This document shows positions 1-13,400 of a DNA stretch of 64,000 nucleotides, piece after piece (the stretch's first letter is position 1; each line of letters starts with the position of its first letter). The stretch spans positions 238,545,198 through 238,609,197 of the forward strand of contig NC_133622.1 of NCBI RefSeq assembly GCF_048593235.1, written 5' to 3'. The notes beneath the pieces are model-generated. The model saw nothing but the letters and a program-made list of their open reading frames with translations. It was not told where the DNA came from and searched no databases. The stretch is from Sminthopsis crassicaudata. Lineage: Eukaryota. A program made the position numbers and the translations under genes.

Positions 1-1807
1 GAATAATTTTAAAAAATGAGTTGTTTTGTCTTCATTTAGATAAAGGCAACTCATCCCTCTCCACATTTTATAACTTTGGTTGAAATTCAAATAAATAAAA
101 GTCACCTTGATCAATCCAATTGCTAATTTCTATGTATTATAATATATCCCTTTGGTTTTTCTTTTTCTTTTTTTCCTTTGAATTTTATTTTCATGTTTCA
201 TCTACCCAACCAAGATGTTAAGTTTATGAGATTTAAGTATAGTGTAATACATTGCTGTTTTCTCATGTGTCTGTTTGTTTTCCACAAACATAGCTAAAGT
301 TGTTCACACAATATCAAAGCTAGATGGAAACTTAGGAACCATTGGATTCTGTCTGCTTAGCTATGATATGCAGGAAAAGATTCAAAGATGGGAAACCTAT
401 GATTCCACATTTTGTTAACAAGAAATCTGAAGCAGGCTAGATGTTAGGATTGCTAATTTGAAATCTAGTTTTCTTTCCATTAAATTTCAGAGTACTGCCA
501 ATGGTTTAGTACTTTGCATTTATGAATTTATCAACTATTCTTGAATTATTATTACTTTCCCCCCCCTTTTCAAGACTATTAAAATAAAGGAAGAAAAAAT
601 CTTACAAGTAAGAAATCAGAGTTGGCAATTCTTGAAAATCATAAAACATTTCATTTTGTATTGTTATTATTTCTGTCATCAATAGACTCCTGTGATTTAT
701 GGCTGCTTATCTAATCTAAAATGAAAAGTCTTAAGATCCATGTGTGCCAATGAATAAATAGGACTACTCTAATATTTCATTTCTTCCATATTGACTCCCT
801 TGCACATTCTATTTCACAGATATTTAACATTTTACTGGGTCTTATAGCATTTATGGACTGAATACTTCACCGTTTATTCTCAAATGTACTCTCTTTTTGT
901 CTTGTTCTTTCTTGTTTTATATTTTAAATTTCTTAAGTTCGTCCAGGATTACATTAGATTTGTAGATTGACATATTCATCAAGTAAGAGTAGAGAGATGA
1001 AGAACCAAGGGATGTATCATGTGAGTATTTACAAAAAACAAATGAACAACGTGAACAACAAAAATGTAAATATTTAACATAAGAAGAGAAGACATTAGCA
1101 GAAGACATTATAATAGCTGGTCATTAGCAGAAAATACTTGAAGGGCTATCATATGGAAGAAAGACATTTTATTGTTGTTTCTTTGGTTATTTTCCATTTG
1201 TTTTATCCCAGTGTGGAATTGTGAGCAATGAGAAGAATTAGGCTCAATGAAAGTGAAAATGTTCTGCCATTAGAGAGATCTTTTCCATTGATAGTCTTCA
1301 CTTATAAGCAGAATGACACCTTATTAAAGATTTTGCAAAAGAACTTTTTTTTTGATTATGTGTAAATGCCTATGAAATTTCCTTAAGTTCAGTGAATCTC
1401 TAAAATGTAGTGGATATTAAGAACAATTTGACTCCTCTTACTATATTTCCTTATACAGGCACCAAATGTGAGCATGGGTCTTTGGTAACTTCTTCAATGA
1501 TGTAAACTTCACAGATTTTAGGAGACAAATCGTGAATTTGAACTAACAGAGAAAGAAGAGCTTTAATCACAAAGCACAATGAGCATGACATAACTATTGC
1601 ACTATATTCTAACTGTAATATATTGTGGGGATTCCCTCAGTGAAATTAAAGAGTTTAAATATTACAGGTGTATTTAAAAGCTGAGGCCAAAGGACTTTTC
1701 TTTGCTGGCAGATTATACAAAATGTTTCTTCATCATGTCTCTTTATCTACTTTGTACTTTGCGTAGAACTCAGCTTTTTCAAACCCACTTCCACTGACAC
1801 TATAAAA

Positions 1808-2740
1808 ATGAAAAATAATGTGACTGAATTTCTTCTTGTTGGGCTGGCCAAGGACCCAGCAAGGGAAAAAATAGTATTTGTCATCATCTTGATTTTCTAC
1901 ATTGCCACTATTTTGGGGAACCTGCTTATTACCATCACCATTAAATATAGTCCCACACTTGGATCCCCCATGTACTTCTTCCTCACCTATTTATCTTTTT
2001 CTGATGCTTGTTTATCAACTACCACAGCCCCAAGACTCATAGTAGACAGTCTACGTAAGAGAAAGACTATCTCCTTTGATGAGTGCATGATCCAATTATT
2101 TACAGGCCACTTCTTTGGCTGCATGGAGATCTTGGTCCTCATCTTGATGGCTTATGACCGCTATGCAGCCATCTGTAAACCTCTACACTACTTGACTATC
2201 ATGAATAAGAAGGTATGTAGGATCTTGGTGGAATTAGCCTGGGTGGGGTCATTTGTGCATTCCAGTGCCCAACTCTTCATTGTTTTGAGTTTACCCTTCT
2301 GTGGTCCCAATGTAGTCAACCACTATTTTTGTGATGTGCAACCCTTGATGAAACTGGCCTGTACTGACACGTATGTGTTAAACCTCTTGGTTGTTTTTAA
2401 TAGTGGAGCTATCTGCATGGTGAGTTTTATATTGTTGATGATCTCCTATATTGTTATCTTGTATTCTTTGAGAAATCAGAGTAGAGAGGGGAGGTACAAA
2501 GCTCTTTCCACCTGCAGCTCTCACATCATTGTTGTACTTATATTTTTTGGTCCCTGTATATTCATATACAGCAGGCCACTGACCATTTTCCCTGTGGATA
2601 AGTTGGTGGCTGTGTTTTATGTCATTGGAACTCCTTTCTTAAATCCTTTGATCTACACACTGAGAAATAAAGAAGTTAAAACTGCTATGAGGAAACTATG
2701 GAGCAGCAGAAAATCTTTACATAAAAAACAATGTGGATAG
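1808..2740 (+). CDS. OR4C11-like: Olfactory receptor, family 4 subfamily C (OR4C11-like), intact, 310 aa
   Basis: Single-exon ORF with the OR motifs GN (TM1), PMYFFL, MAYDRYAAICKPLHY, FCGPN..HYFCD, KALSTCSSH and PFLNPLIYTLRN, plus an N-terminal NVT sequon. Resembles human OR4C11 as recalled; not aligned computationally. Confidence 0.93.
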   Translation: MKNNVTEFLLVGLAKDPAREKIVFVIILIFYIATILGNLLITITIKYSPTLGSPMYFFLTYLSFSDACLSTTTAPRLIVDSLRKRKTISFDECMIQLFTGHFFGCMEILVLILMAYDRYAAICKPLHYLTIMNKKVCRILVELAWVGSFVHSSAQLFIVLSLPFCGPNVVNHYFCDVQPLMKLACTDTYVLNLLVVFNSGAICMVSFILLMISYIVILYSLRNQSREGRYKALSTCSSHIIVVLIFFGPCIFIYSRPLTIFPVDKLVAVFYVIGTPFLNPLIYTLRNKEVKTAMRKLWSSRKSLHKKQCG

Positions 2741-3479
2741 ACATCATCATTTTTTGAAATTGATTAGTCTTACCAGGATAGACGTATTTGAGAGGATAGT
2801 TTATATTTGGTTTATATAAAGTGTAACATTATCTTACTGGTTATTTGTCTCCACATAATGGATAGATATGAGAGAGTTAACATTCAAGCCATGGCTGTAT
2901 ATAAAATGAGATATGCAGTCATAGCTATTTAAAGTTCTTAAGTTAGATCCTTTTTGATGATCTGCCATAAAGTTCCTGCTCTCTCTGAATCAGTATCCCA
3001 GGTCCCAGATTCTAGAAGTTTCCACTATTCTTTCTAGAAATGGGGGAAAAATATATTTTGCTGTGATCTAAGTCAGTTGTTTTGCATTATCCATACTTTA
3101 CAATTCATTATTTATTATTCATTATTAATTTATATAAGTGAAACAACATTGGTTAAAGCTTAACTTAGTCTAGAAGGTTCATGGAATGGATATCATTTTT
3201 CATTTAACATGGTCATATAAGCTTCTTTTCTCTTAAATCATTAATTAGATACTACCAAGTGATCAACAACATAGAGACCAGAATACTGGAGTTTTATTCA
3301 TTCAAAATAACACCCCACCAACAAATGGAGGGAAACGTGTCTTTTACAAGGAGTTGTTCATATTATTATTATTATTACAAATTAGTAATATGAGATTAAA
3401 AATAATTATATGTACATTATAAAACAGCTTTTTCTCATGTATGGTAAGAAAAGGATTTATGTCACTCAAGATATGAGGT

Positions 3480-5480
3480 AAAGAAGAAAAAGAAAAGTCA
3501 CTGAATTTATTATATACAAAGGAGGAAGGGGAAGCACAGGAAGCTAGCTGGCTTAATTCTGTTTTGAATTGGTTTTGTTTTTCTTGAAGCAGTTAATATA
3601 TGTTAGGGGTATAGATACTAAATGGTGGACTAGAAGAAAAAAGATTTATGTCAATTTAAAATCTCTAGGAATATCTAGGAGTTGGAGTCACAGTCTTTTT
3701 GGGCAAATAGGAAAGTGGTTAGAACCTTCAGAGGAAAAGTTAGACATTTAGTGACATAGACTACTTTCATGAATCTGTGATGAAAACTCCAGAACTGAAT
3801 AGAAAATCTGACTTCCAAATACAAGACTCAAGAGATGCAAAAAAGGCCACCAGAAAAGAAAAGTTATGAGGTTAATCTATTTACATTCCTATATGGCAAG
3901 ATAATTCTTGTAACTAATAAGTACTTTCTCATTATTAGGACAGTTAAAAGGAGATAAATTCTATATAGCATATAGGTGTGAATTAAATATGAAGAGATAA
4001 TACCTAAAATAAAATAAAACTAAGTTATGAAAAAGGAATCTTTCTTAACCTACAGGAAAGTAAGATGGGAAAGGGAAACAGGAATGGAAGAGGATGAAAA
4101 AAGGGAGGGCTGGTTGGGGGAGGGGGTTAGTCAGAAGCAAGTTTCTTTTGAGAAAGAACAGCTTGAAAGGAGAGAGAATAGACATCATGGGGGAAATACT
4201 GTTAGCAATAGTAACTGTGAAAACAATTTTGAAACAAGTTTTTCCCCAAAAAGAAAATCTCAAAATCTCAAAAAAAAATCTCATTCATATATATATATAT
4301 GGAACTTTGTAAAATATATAAAAAATAAGAGCCATTCCTCAATTTATAAATGGTTAAAGATATAAAATATATATTATAGCTACATGAAAAAAGGGTACTA
4401 CCATTGATTGGAAAAATGCAAATTACATCAATTCTGAGGTGTTATATCATATCCATTAGAGTGCTAATAGGCTAGAAAAGGAAAGTGACAAGTATTGGAG
4501 CAAATGTGGGGAAATAAGACACTGATTCATTGTTCATTAAATTGTAGAGCATTTTGTAGAGCAATTTGGAATTATGTCCAAAGTGCTATAAAATCATGCA
4601 TACTCTTTGACCTAGCAAAACTTTAATAGGTATGTATGACAAAAGATAATTTTTTTAAAGGAAAAGGGGCTATACATATAAAATTTTTATAGTAGCTCTT
4701 TTCATGGGGAAAAATTAGAAACTGAGCAGATGACCATCACTTGGGGAATAGTTGAACAAAGTATGATATGTTATTTTTATGGAATTTTAATGTGGTATAA
4801 AAATGATGAGAAGGATGCTCTCAGAAAAACCTGGAAAAACTTCCTTGAGCTGATGATGTACAGTGACATATACTGAGTACATAATAACAGAAATATTGTT
4901 AAGATGGTCAACTATGGAATGACTTGACTACGCAGCAATACAATAATTCAAGACAACTGTGAAGGACTTATGATGAAAAATATTATCCACATCCAAAGGA
5001 TGAACTGATGGTGTCTCAATCTCGATTACAGGATAGTTTTTTTTTTTTGTTTTGTTTTGTTTTTTTTTTCTCTTTTCTGGAAGGGCGGAGGTCTATGTTT
5101 TCTTTTACAACATTACTTTTATGAATATGTTTTCCATGGTGTAACATGTGCCTTCTCATTAAGGGAATAGGGACGGGGTAATGAAGAAAATTTGAAACTC
5201 AAAGATTGTTTTTATTATTAAAGCTTTTTATTTACAAGACATATGCATGGGTAATTTTTCAACATTGACCCTTGCAAAATCTTTGTTCCAAATTTTTCCC
5301 TCCTTCCCACCAGCCCCTCCCCTACAGGGCAGGTAGTCCAATACATGTTAAATATATTATGGTATATGTTAAATTCAATATGTGTATACATAGTTATACA
5401 GAAACTCAAAGTGTTTAAAACCAATGTTAAGAATTGTTCTACATGTAACCTGGGAAAAATAAAATAGTAAATAATTAAAA
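3480..5480 (+). mobile_element. Old, degraded LINE-1 (ORF1 remnant, ORF2 3' end, 3'UTR)
   Basis: ORF1-like sequence at ~3640-3870, ORF2 C-terminal-like sequence from ~4270, and a marsupial L1 3'UTR ending in an A-rich tail at ~5450-5480. Boundaries approximate. Confidence 0.7.
5205..5400 (-). mobile_element. 5'-truncated L1 3' end nested antisense in the older L1
   Basis: Reverse-complement L1 3'UTR flanked by the direct repeat GAAACTCAAAG (5194-5204 and 5401-5411). Confidence 0.8.
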
Positions 5481-6269
5481 ATGAGATACATGTATTCACA
5501 TAAATATCTTTAGTAGGAACAAATTAAAATAAAACTTTTCTTAAATGTCTTAAGAATTATATATATATTTTTTTCATTCTTACTAAGCAATGTCAGTCTC
5601 CTTCATATAAAGATAGGACATAAAATATAACTGTGGAATATTTTTCACCATCTCCTCATTATATAGAAAAATAGATCAGTCTTTTCCAAAAAAAGAAGAA
5701 AACTATTTTGAAAACATCTCTCTAGAGTATAGAGACTGTGACAACTCTTGAACTATTTCTCTTGCAAAAAGTATTAAGCTCTGTTTTAGATGGTTTAATC
5801 ACTGTTTTTCTCTTTTCTGCAAAATGGACTGATATATTTTTCATTTTTCTTCTTTCCCCCCTTTTTCAAAATAAATGGTAATTTATCTCATTCCCTGCAG
5901 TTTTTTTTTTTTAATTGCTTGAAATGTATAAATGTTTGACTTATGGATCTATACAACATTCCACAAAGATCCTCTTTAGAAGCATTTTCTCCCCCTCTCT
6001 ATGAATTAATTGCTTTTACTCATATGTATGCATATATTTAAATTTGATGCAAAAAATTCAACAAAGTACTTACAGCAACACAAAATTAGATTTATACCAT
6101 GATTTCAGGGTTGGTTCAATATTACAAAAAACTTATATTTTACAGTGTCAAGAATAATAATAACAAATGAGGAAAAACCATTTTTCTTAGTAGATACAGG
6201 ACAATATTTGCAAAATGAAACTAATTTTAAATTTAAAATAGCAGAAAACTAGAAAACTATCATATTTGC

Positions 6270-6690
6270 TCTTTTCTTTAACCTTTGAAAATTTATTTAA
6301 TATTTTGTTCTGCTTACATTCAAAACAACTTTTAACCTTTATTTTAGACCTTTGAGTTCTATATTCTCTTCCTTATTCCCACCCACATTTAAGAAACCAC
6401 ATGTGAAGTTATGTACAACATTTCCAAAAAGTCAAGTTGTGAAAGAAAACATAGCTATGCTACCCTAATGAAAATATAAACCCTCAAGAAAAATTAAGTT
6501 AATAATAAATACAGAAGTATAGAATCTGTATTCAAGCTTGATCAATTCCTTCTCTGTGTATAAATAGGATTTTTCATCATAAATCCTTCAGAGTAGTTGT
6601 GGATGATTGTTGTACTGAGAATAACAAAGTCAATCATAGCTGGCCACTGCAGAACATTACTATTTCTTTGGATACAGTCTATTTCACTTT
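6270..6690 (-). mobile_element. Old-subfamily L1 3'UTR, antisense
   Basis: Reverse-complement marsupial L1 3'-terminal sequence with a T-rich left end. Boundaries approximate. Confidence 0.55.
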
Positions 6691-6872
6691 GTCCATAGAG
6701 GAACAAGTGAAAGAATTAACAACTTGAACAAAGTTACAGGATAGAAAATAAGTGTACAGAATCATTAGCATTTCTGCATAGTTCCAGAAAAAATAAAGCA
6801 GAAAGAGAAAAAAATTGAATTCCACTTAAAATGAATTCATTAAATATAAAATACTAGTGAATCTACCTTTTC

Positions 6873-7408
6873 TTTTCTTTTTTCTTTTTCTTTTTTTTTA
6901 ATTTTATAATTATAAAATTTTTGACAGTATATATGCATGAGTAATTTTTTTAATAACATTATCCCTTGTATTCATTTTTCCAAATTTTCCCCTCCCTCCC
7001 TCTACTCCCTCCCCTAGATGACAGGCAATCCCATACATTTTACATGTGTTACAGTATAACCTAGATACAATATATGTGTGTAAATACCATTTTCTTGTTG
7101 CACGTCAAGTATTAGATTCCGAAGGTATAAGTAACCTGGGTAGATAGACAGTAGTGCTAACAATTTACATTCACTTCCCAATGTTCCTTCTCTGGGTGTA
7201 GTTATTTCTGTCCATCATTGATCAACTGGAAGTGAGTTGGATCTTCTTTGTGTTGAAAATATCCACTTCCATCAGAATACATCTTCATACAGCACTGAAG
7301 TGTATAGTGATCTTCTGGTTCTGTTCATTTCACTCAGCATCAGTTCATGTAAGTCTCTCCAACCCTCTCTGTATTCCTCCTGCTGGTCATTTCTTACAGA
7401 GCAATAAT
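6873..7408 (-). mobile_element. Young 5'-truncated L1 (536 bp) with a perfect 16-bp TSD
   Basis: T-rich tail at the left, L1 3'UTR and ORF2 end on the minus strand, TSD GTGAATCTACCTTTTC at 6857-6872 and 7409-7424. Confidence 0.92.
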
Positions 7409-8144
7409 GTGAATCTACCTTTTCAAGACATACAGAAGTAATACAGGAAAACAACTACAAAATACCCTTTACAGAAATATTTTGATAATTAGAAAAATAG
7501 TAACTATTGTTTGAGTAGACTAAGCCAATATAATAGAAATTGAAATTATTGAAATTATTTTACTTATTCTGAGGAAACAAAAATGAAATTAATTTAAAGG
7601 AAAAAGTCAAAATTTTAAGGGGAAATAAACTTGGTAGTACTAAATCAATACTTATATTCCAAAGCAATTGATATCACATAAAAGTAATTAGATTTTCAAT
7701 AAAGAAATTGGTCAAAGAAATTGATAAATTACAGAAGAAAACAAGCATTATAACCCGTTCATAGTAAAACCAAAGATGCAAAGTATTATTATAAAAATTC
7801 AATATCTGACAAAAACTGATGAGGAAACTGGAAAGTTTGGCAGAAACTTGGTATAAACCTGTATATCATACTATATATCAAGATAAATTTCTGAGAAATT
7901 CATGACTTTGGCATAAAGGGTAAAAATATAAAGAAATTAGATAAATTAGGAGAAAATAGACCTTTACATGGTCAAACAAGGGATAAAGAATACCACACAG
8001 TACAAAATTAATGATTTTCATTACATGATTTTAAAAAATATTTCATACAAAAGTTACACAAAAATTCAGGAAGCATAATTATATCAGAAGCAGCAAAACA
8101 AGGCAATAATTATAATATTTCCTTTTCTGATAAATGAATAAATG

Positions 8145-8375
8145 TAGCAATTGGCATAGGGTATAGCGCTCTGGGCCTAGAGCAGAAAGACCTGATTTTA
8201 AATTCTGCTTCAGATACTTTTGTTTAAGCTATGTTTTCCTAAGTTTCTTTAATTGAAAAGGGGGATAAAAATAGTTCTTACTTTCCAGAATTATTATGAG
8301 CCTCAAATGAGATATTTGAAAAATATTTTATATAACATACTAGATAATCAACAAATATTATTATTATCATCATTA
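8145..8375 (+). mobile_element. CORE-SINE (MIR/Mar-type)
   Basis: Degraded tRNA-like head, CORE segment and TTA-rich tail. Confidence 0.65.
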
Positions 8376-8676
8376 CTTTTAGTAGTTGTTGTTGCAACAA
8401 TAGCAGTGGCAGCAGTATGAACTTAATCAAATTTATATGATTGAGAACTAACCCCAATTAATAAATCTTGGAAAGAATTAAGAGGCAGCTTTCAGAGGGA
8501 ACAATCGAATCTATCAATACTGATAAGAAGAAAAATTCCCCAAATTAGCAATATTAAAGAACAAAAATTTAAAAACTCTGAAATTCCACTTTCTCTTCTT
8601 CATAATGGTAAAATTTCAAAGAAAGATACATTACAAAAAGTGAAAGACAGATAAGGGAAGAAAAGTTACATTAATT

Positions 8677-8680
<4 letters not shown>

Positions 8681-8726
<46 letters not shown>
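8681..8726. repeat. (GT)23 microsatellite
   Basis: Perfect GT dinucleotide run. Confidence 0.98.
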
Positions 8727-8728
<2 letters not shown>

Positions 8729-8849
8729 TTCTGAATATCAATTTTGAACTCTATCTCCAAAGTTAACATGTGTCTACTCTTTGTCCCATTTATGTTTCAA
8801 ATGGATCAAATAGAATAAAGGACACATACACACATACATGCAAAAAAAG

Positions 8850-9230
8850 CTATGTTCTCACAAGTATATAACAGCTCTTTTATTTTGGCAAAGGATTGTA
8901 AATTAAAAGGGCATGTATCCAGCAATTGGGGAAGGGATAAAAAAAAAATGGATGAAATTTTATGTGATAAAGAAATGAATAATTCAGTTTCAGAAAAATT
9001 GCAAAGGCTACTAAACATTGATTCTGAATGAGGTGATCAGAACCAAGAGAACGATTTATATAATAGAACAACATCATAATGAAAAACAAGATTATAATGA
9101 CAGACTGACTTAGAATCTCTGATCAGTGCAATAACCAGTCTTGATTTCAGAGGACTAATGGTGATGAGAATACACAGATGGCTGTATATTCAGACTATTT
9201 TGAATACTTAGCCACCATATTACTGAATTG
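8850..9230 (+). mobile_element. Old L1 ORF2 end / 3'UTR fragment
   Basis: Similar to the L1 ORF2-to-3'UTR transition (gatcagaaccaagagaac...ctgatcagtgcaataacc). Confidence 0.55.
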
Positions 9231-9380
9231 AATTCCTTCAGTTCTTATGATTTTTATCTTAGATCTCCTTCAGTCAGGGAGGCATATTCATAGCAAGTAT
9301 CATGGAGATGTATGAAATTTGGAGAAGCTTCAGCATCAGGAATATTGGCAAAGCATCAATTCCCACAATACTAATTATAC

Positions 9381-9837
9381 CGGATCATTGTACACAACAA
9401 GAAGATTTTATGAAGATCACTTCTGATGCACGTAGCTCTTTTCAACAATGAGATGATTGAGACCAGTTCCAATGATCTTGTGATGAAGAGAGCCATCTCC
9501 ACAGAGAGAGGACTGTGGGAACAGTGTGGATCACAACATAGCATTTTCACTCTTTTTGTTGTTTCTCACATTTTGTTTTGTTTCTCTTTTTTTTTTCTTT
9601 TTAATTCTGATTTTTCTTATATAGCACAATAATTGCAGAAATATGTAGAGAAGAATTGCATATGTTTAACATATTTTGTATTACTTGCCATCTAGGGGAG
9701 GGACTAAAGGGAAGGGGGGAGGAAATTTGGATTACAAGGGTCGATGTTAAAAAAAAATCCATGAATATGGTTTGGAAAAAAAATAAACTTCAATCAAATA
9801 AAAACAAACAAACAAACAAACAAATAAATAAATAAAT
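9381..9837 (+). mobile_element. L1 3'UTR with (CAAA)n/(TAAA)n tail
   Basis: Same 3'UTR family as the elements ending near 26640 and 39560, with an A-rich tail at 9800-9837. Confidence 0.85.
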
Positions 9838-9971
9838 GATGGATAGACAATAATAATAATAATAATAAAATTTTCATTTCCCCAGCTGTTTTCTAAGTTT
9901 CTAATGTTTGATTCAATCACTATAAATACATTTAAAGGAAAATATTAACCTCTAAGTAAACCAAACAGAGA

Positions 9972-10480
9972 TGTAAGGTTCTAGTTAGCTTTCTGAAAGT
10001 CTTGGGACTAGCCTTCATTTCAGCAGAGTAATCATCATGAGAATAGCCAGGGATGAAGTCCAAATTCTTTATTATCTCCTTCATAGTCTGTCTCCTTCAC
10101 CTGGGGCTCTGCTAGCTTTCTGGAGGCCTTCAGACAGAACTTGGTCTCAGTGGAGAAATGCAGGGTGGTCAAGTCTCCTTTGTTAAAGTGCAGGAAGGAG
10201 GAGACCCACCAAGAGCCTGATCAAAGATGGGATGTCTCTCTGAGTCCCAGAGCTTGAGCTCCAGATTCCAGTCCCCTGACTTCTCAGAGTCTGTCTTTGG
10301 CTGAGTTTTATATGCTCTATTACAATTACATCATTACAGTATACTGACTAATCATAATGAACTAGAGGACTAACATGCTAACCTAGATAGCCATTGTCTT
10401 ATCAATTCCACTGAGTTAACTTGTTTAAATCAATCATACTGAGTCTTAAGTATATTTCTCCAAAGTCCCTGTCCTTTGCA
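9972..10480 (-). mobile_element. Solo ERV LTR
   Basis: TG...CA termini. Flanked by CAGAGA (9966-9971 and 10481-10486), or by GAGA if the end is 10482. Minus-strand TATAAAA at 10306-10312 and AATAAA at 10068-10073. Confidence 0.85.
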
Positions 10481-13400
10481 CAGAGAGATCTAAACCATGC
10501 AGATTTAGGCAAAATTTCTCTTATAATAATCTCTTTTAAGCTACCTTTTATGTGTTCTTTAAAGACATATGGGAAAAGGAATTAGAGTTGTGAGTTCCCA
10601 AACAATTTTGGTAGACAAGACACAACATTCTCTAAAAATATCTCATTCCTTAAATGAGTAATGCAATGGTAAGATGATGAATTAATTGAAAAAAAAATGT
10701 TCTGCAATTCCTTCTGCCTGCTGCTTCCCCCAACCTTGCTGCAATCTCTGATCACTCTTTCTTGATGATTCTTTACTATGTTCTCACTCTTCCTATTCCT
10801 CAATCTTTGTATCCAGGACCTGTGATTATAATTAATGATCAAATTCTCATCATTTAATGTCTTTATCTTTCAATACAATAGTTGTTTCATAACTTTTAAA
10901 AAATGCTTATGATTTGATTAGTGGCTTAGAAACCTTAGGTATGTTAAAGAATTAGTTCATGTGCTACTCTAGTCATATAAATTTCTGATCACTCCTCTTT
11001 AGTTATTAAAGGTTTCTCCTCCCTTATTTCCTATGCTATACACAATCAAACAAATACACACACACACATACACAGAAGATTTATTTTTCTTTATATATGC
11101 TTTGAAACTTGAATATATGAAAGGGAATGTTTTTTGTTTGTTTATTTCCCAACATGTACCATATTGCCTGAACACACTTGATTTTTAATAAATATTTTAA
11201 AATTTTGAATGATTACATAAAATGGTTATTCAACAGAGACTTTCTAGGTCATACAAAATGAGAAATTTATCCCAAAAATAACATCATAAATGAATGTATT
11301 TGTAATATTCATTGAAAGGAGAAAAAAGTAGAATGGCTATCCAATTCACTTAAGTGCTAATTCAACCAAAACCTTGCACTAGGGAAGATTAATGTTAATT
11401 GTCTAGGAAAGTATGCTACTTTGCTGACTAAAATCAAATGAGGTAAAAGTGGCACACATCCCATAGAGCCTTAATTCCCTGTTGGTTGAATCTGTTCTTC
11501 AGTTCTCTAAATTTTTGAAGTTAAATGCAGTTTCTATAAATATCTGTGTGCCTTTGTCCTATAAGTATTCATTGGGGTCAGAGAGAGTAGTGCATTGATC
11601 TTAATTGTAACAGAAAAGAGAAAAATGCTCTTTCCTTTATGAAAATTTAAGAACATTCAATTTCTTTTCTCAAAGGTAAGTACCTCTTCTAGTATCACTT
11701 CAGGTTTTTCAGACAAGAAGCATAATGGAATGGTAATCCAGGGAATATCAAAAATTTCCTCCTCCTAAAAAAAGTCACTGTATTTTTTTTTTTTTTAATA
11801 ACTTTTCTACGTTTTTGAAGGCACTCATGAACTGAGGCTGAGATTTGACTCGAGTAGTGAGGGAGGCCAGAACTGGAAAGATGAAAATAAGATAATGATT
11901 AACAATGTCCATTTAAGATTTAATACATTTGTGATACAGTTTTCCACCTCGAGTTGTGAACTACTTATTTCTAGGTTTCCTGTGTCTATTATCCTTTATG
12001 GCATGCTGGATATTCTAGAAGGAACAACTAAATTTAAAACTAGGATTGCATTTGCAGAAGCCTCCCCAACAACTAAGAATACTCAGTTAGAAAAAGAAGT
12101 CTTCAAATTTCAGTTAAGAAAGTTGGAGAAAGTCTATTTAGTGGTGAAACAATGATTTTGGTAAACTTTGGAGATTGTGTTCTTGTATTGTTTTGGTCTT
12201 CTTTGTTTTAGTCTTTAAGGAAATGGGAACAATTCATGTAATATACTTATGATTTAAAGACTATCCCATAGCCAAGGTATAGTATTCAAAAAACAATGGA
12301 TTTGTAATGATGAGAAATAGGCTTAATGTAAATTCTTACATTCTGATATCTGTACAATCTTGAAAGATTTATTTGGTCTTTTTTATGACTGTTTTTTCAT
12401 ATGTAGATTGAGATATTTGGATAAGATGGACTAGTGTTTGCCTGTGAATTCCTGATAACGGAATTCTTTCAGTCTTTATTACTTGGTTCTTGGAAGACAC
12501 TGGCTAAGGTAATAAAGCAATGAATATTATGGCATCATCTCTCTTTTCATTCTCATTCTCCTTTACTCTTCTTTATCCTCTAATGTGCTCTAATTGTCCC
12601 CATATCCATTTACTCAGAATGTCTGTCAAAATCCAATTACGACATTCTCATCGGTATTCTTTTTTTCAAATAATAAATTCCCCAAATAAGATAATAATAC
12701 TATAATTCATGGATTGATTGAAGTTCATAGGCTTTTATTTTCCATAAGACCATTAAACTAGCAAGTAAAGAAAAAGCAATCAAAGGCCACAGGGGAAAAA
12801 AAAAAACTAAACCAACCAAACAAAAATATTAATTTCTTTCATTTTCCTGAGAATGAACATATTCCCAAGGCATCTCTTAAAAAAAAAAAACAAAAAACAA
12901 AACCCAGAAAACTACACATTTTAATAAGTAAATACAAACACAGATGTAATATAACAAAAAATAACTCCTAGTTCTCTGATTTTGCAAGAAAAGGGAAGGA
13001 AATATATTATTTGACTTGGTGTTCTAATTGTAATTATCAGCATTGCTAGTTATTGTCTAACCAGTATTCTCAAAGTTATTTCCAGGTTTTCTACTGGACT
13101 TTAATTTACTTATTTGTACAATGTATATGGAATAGATACTCCATTTTAGAAAAAAAATAGTATTAAATAACTTAATTTAATTAATTAATTAATATTTAAT
13201 TTAATAATAATAATTAAAGTCTAGGGATCAAAATATTTTTTTATCCTTCAGATACCAATTACTAAATCTCCTGAATCATTCCCCCCTCATTTATGATGAG
13301 CCTTCACATGTCTTCCTTCCTCAACTAGAATCTAAGTATGTAAAAGCAATAGTATAGTTTTGTAGTACTTTGCATCCATTGCCTATAGGATATTCATAGT

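Larger units (their letters stand above)
6040..8100 (+). mobile_element. Degraded L1 ORF2 (RT region onward), interrupted by nested insertions
   Basis: ORF2-like segments at ~6040-6250, ~6690-6870 and ~7410-8100 that continue across the nested inserts. Confidence 0.65.

Noticed and set aside
8145-8230. tRNA-like sequences in SINE heads (also 29900-29945, 55250-55295, 60590-60639)
   Set aside because: They are tRNA-derived SINE heads with SINE bodies and tails, not tRNA genes.
12861-12874. O/E (EBF)-like sites: attcccaaggcat here, ctccttggggaa at ~53649, ttcctggggag at ~46983
   Set aside because: Each mismatches the YTCCCYRGGGAR consensus and none is conserved across paralogs. The last is created by an L1 junction.
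13172-13215. Repeated TAATTA homeodomain-like motifs
   Set aside because: This is AT-rich low-complexity sequence where such motifs arise by chance, with no adjacent convincing O/E site.
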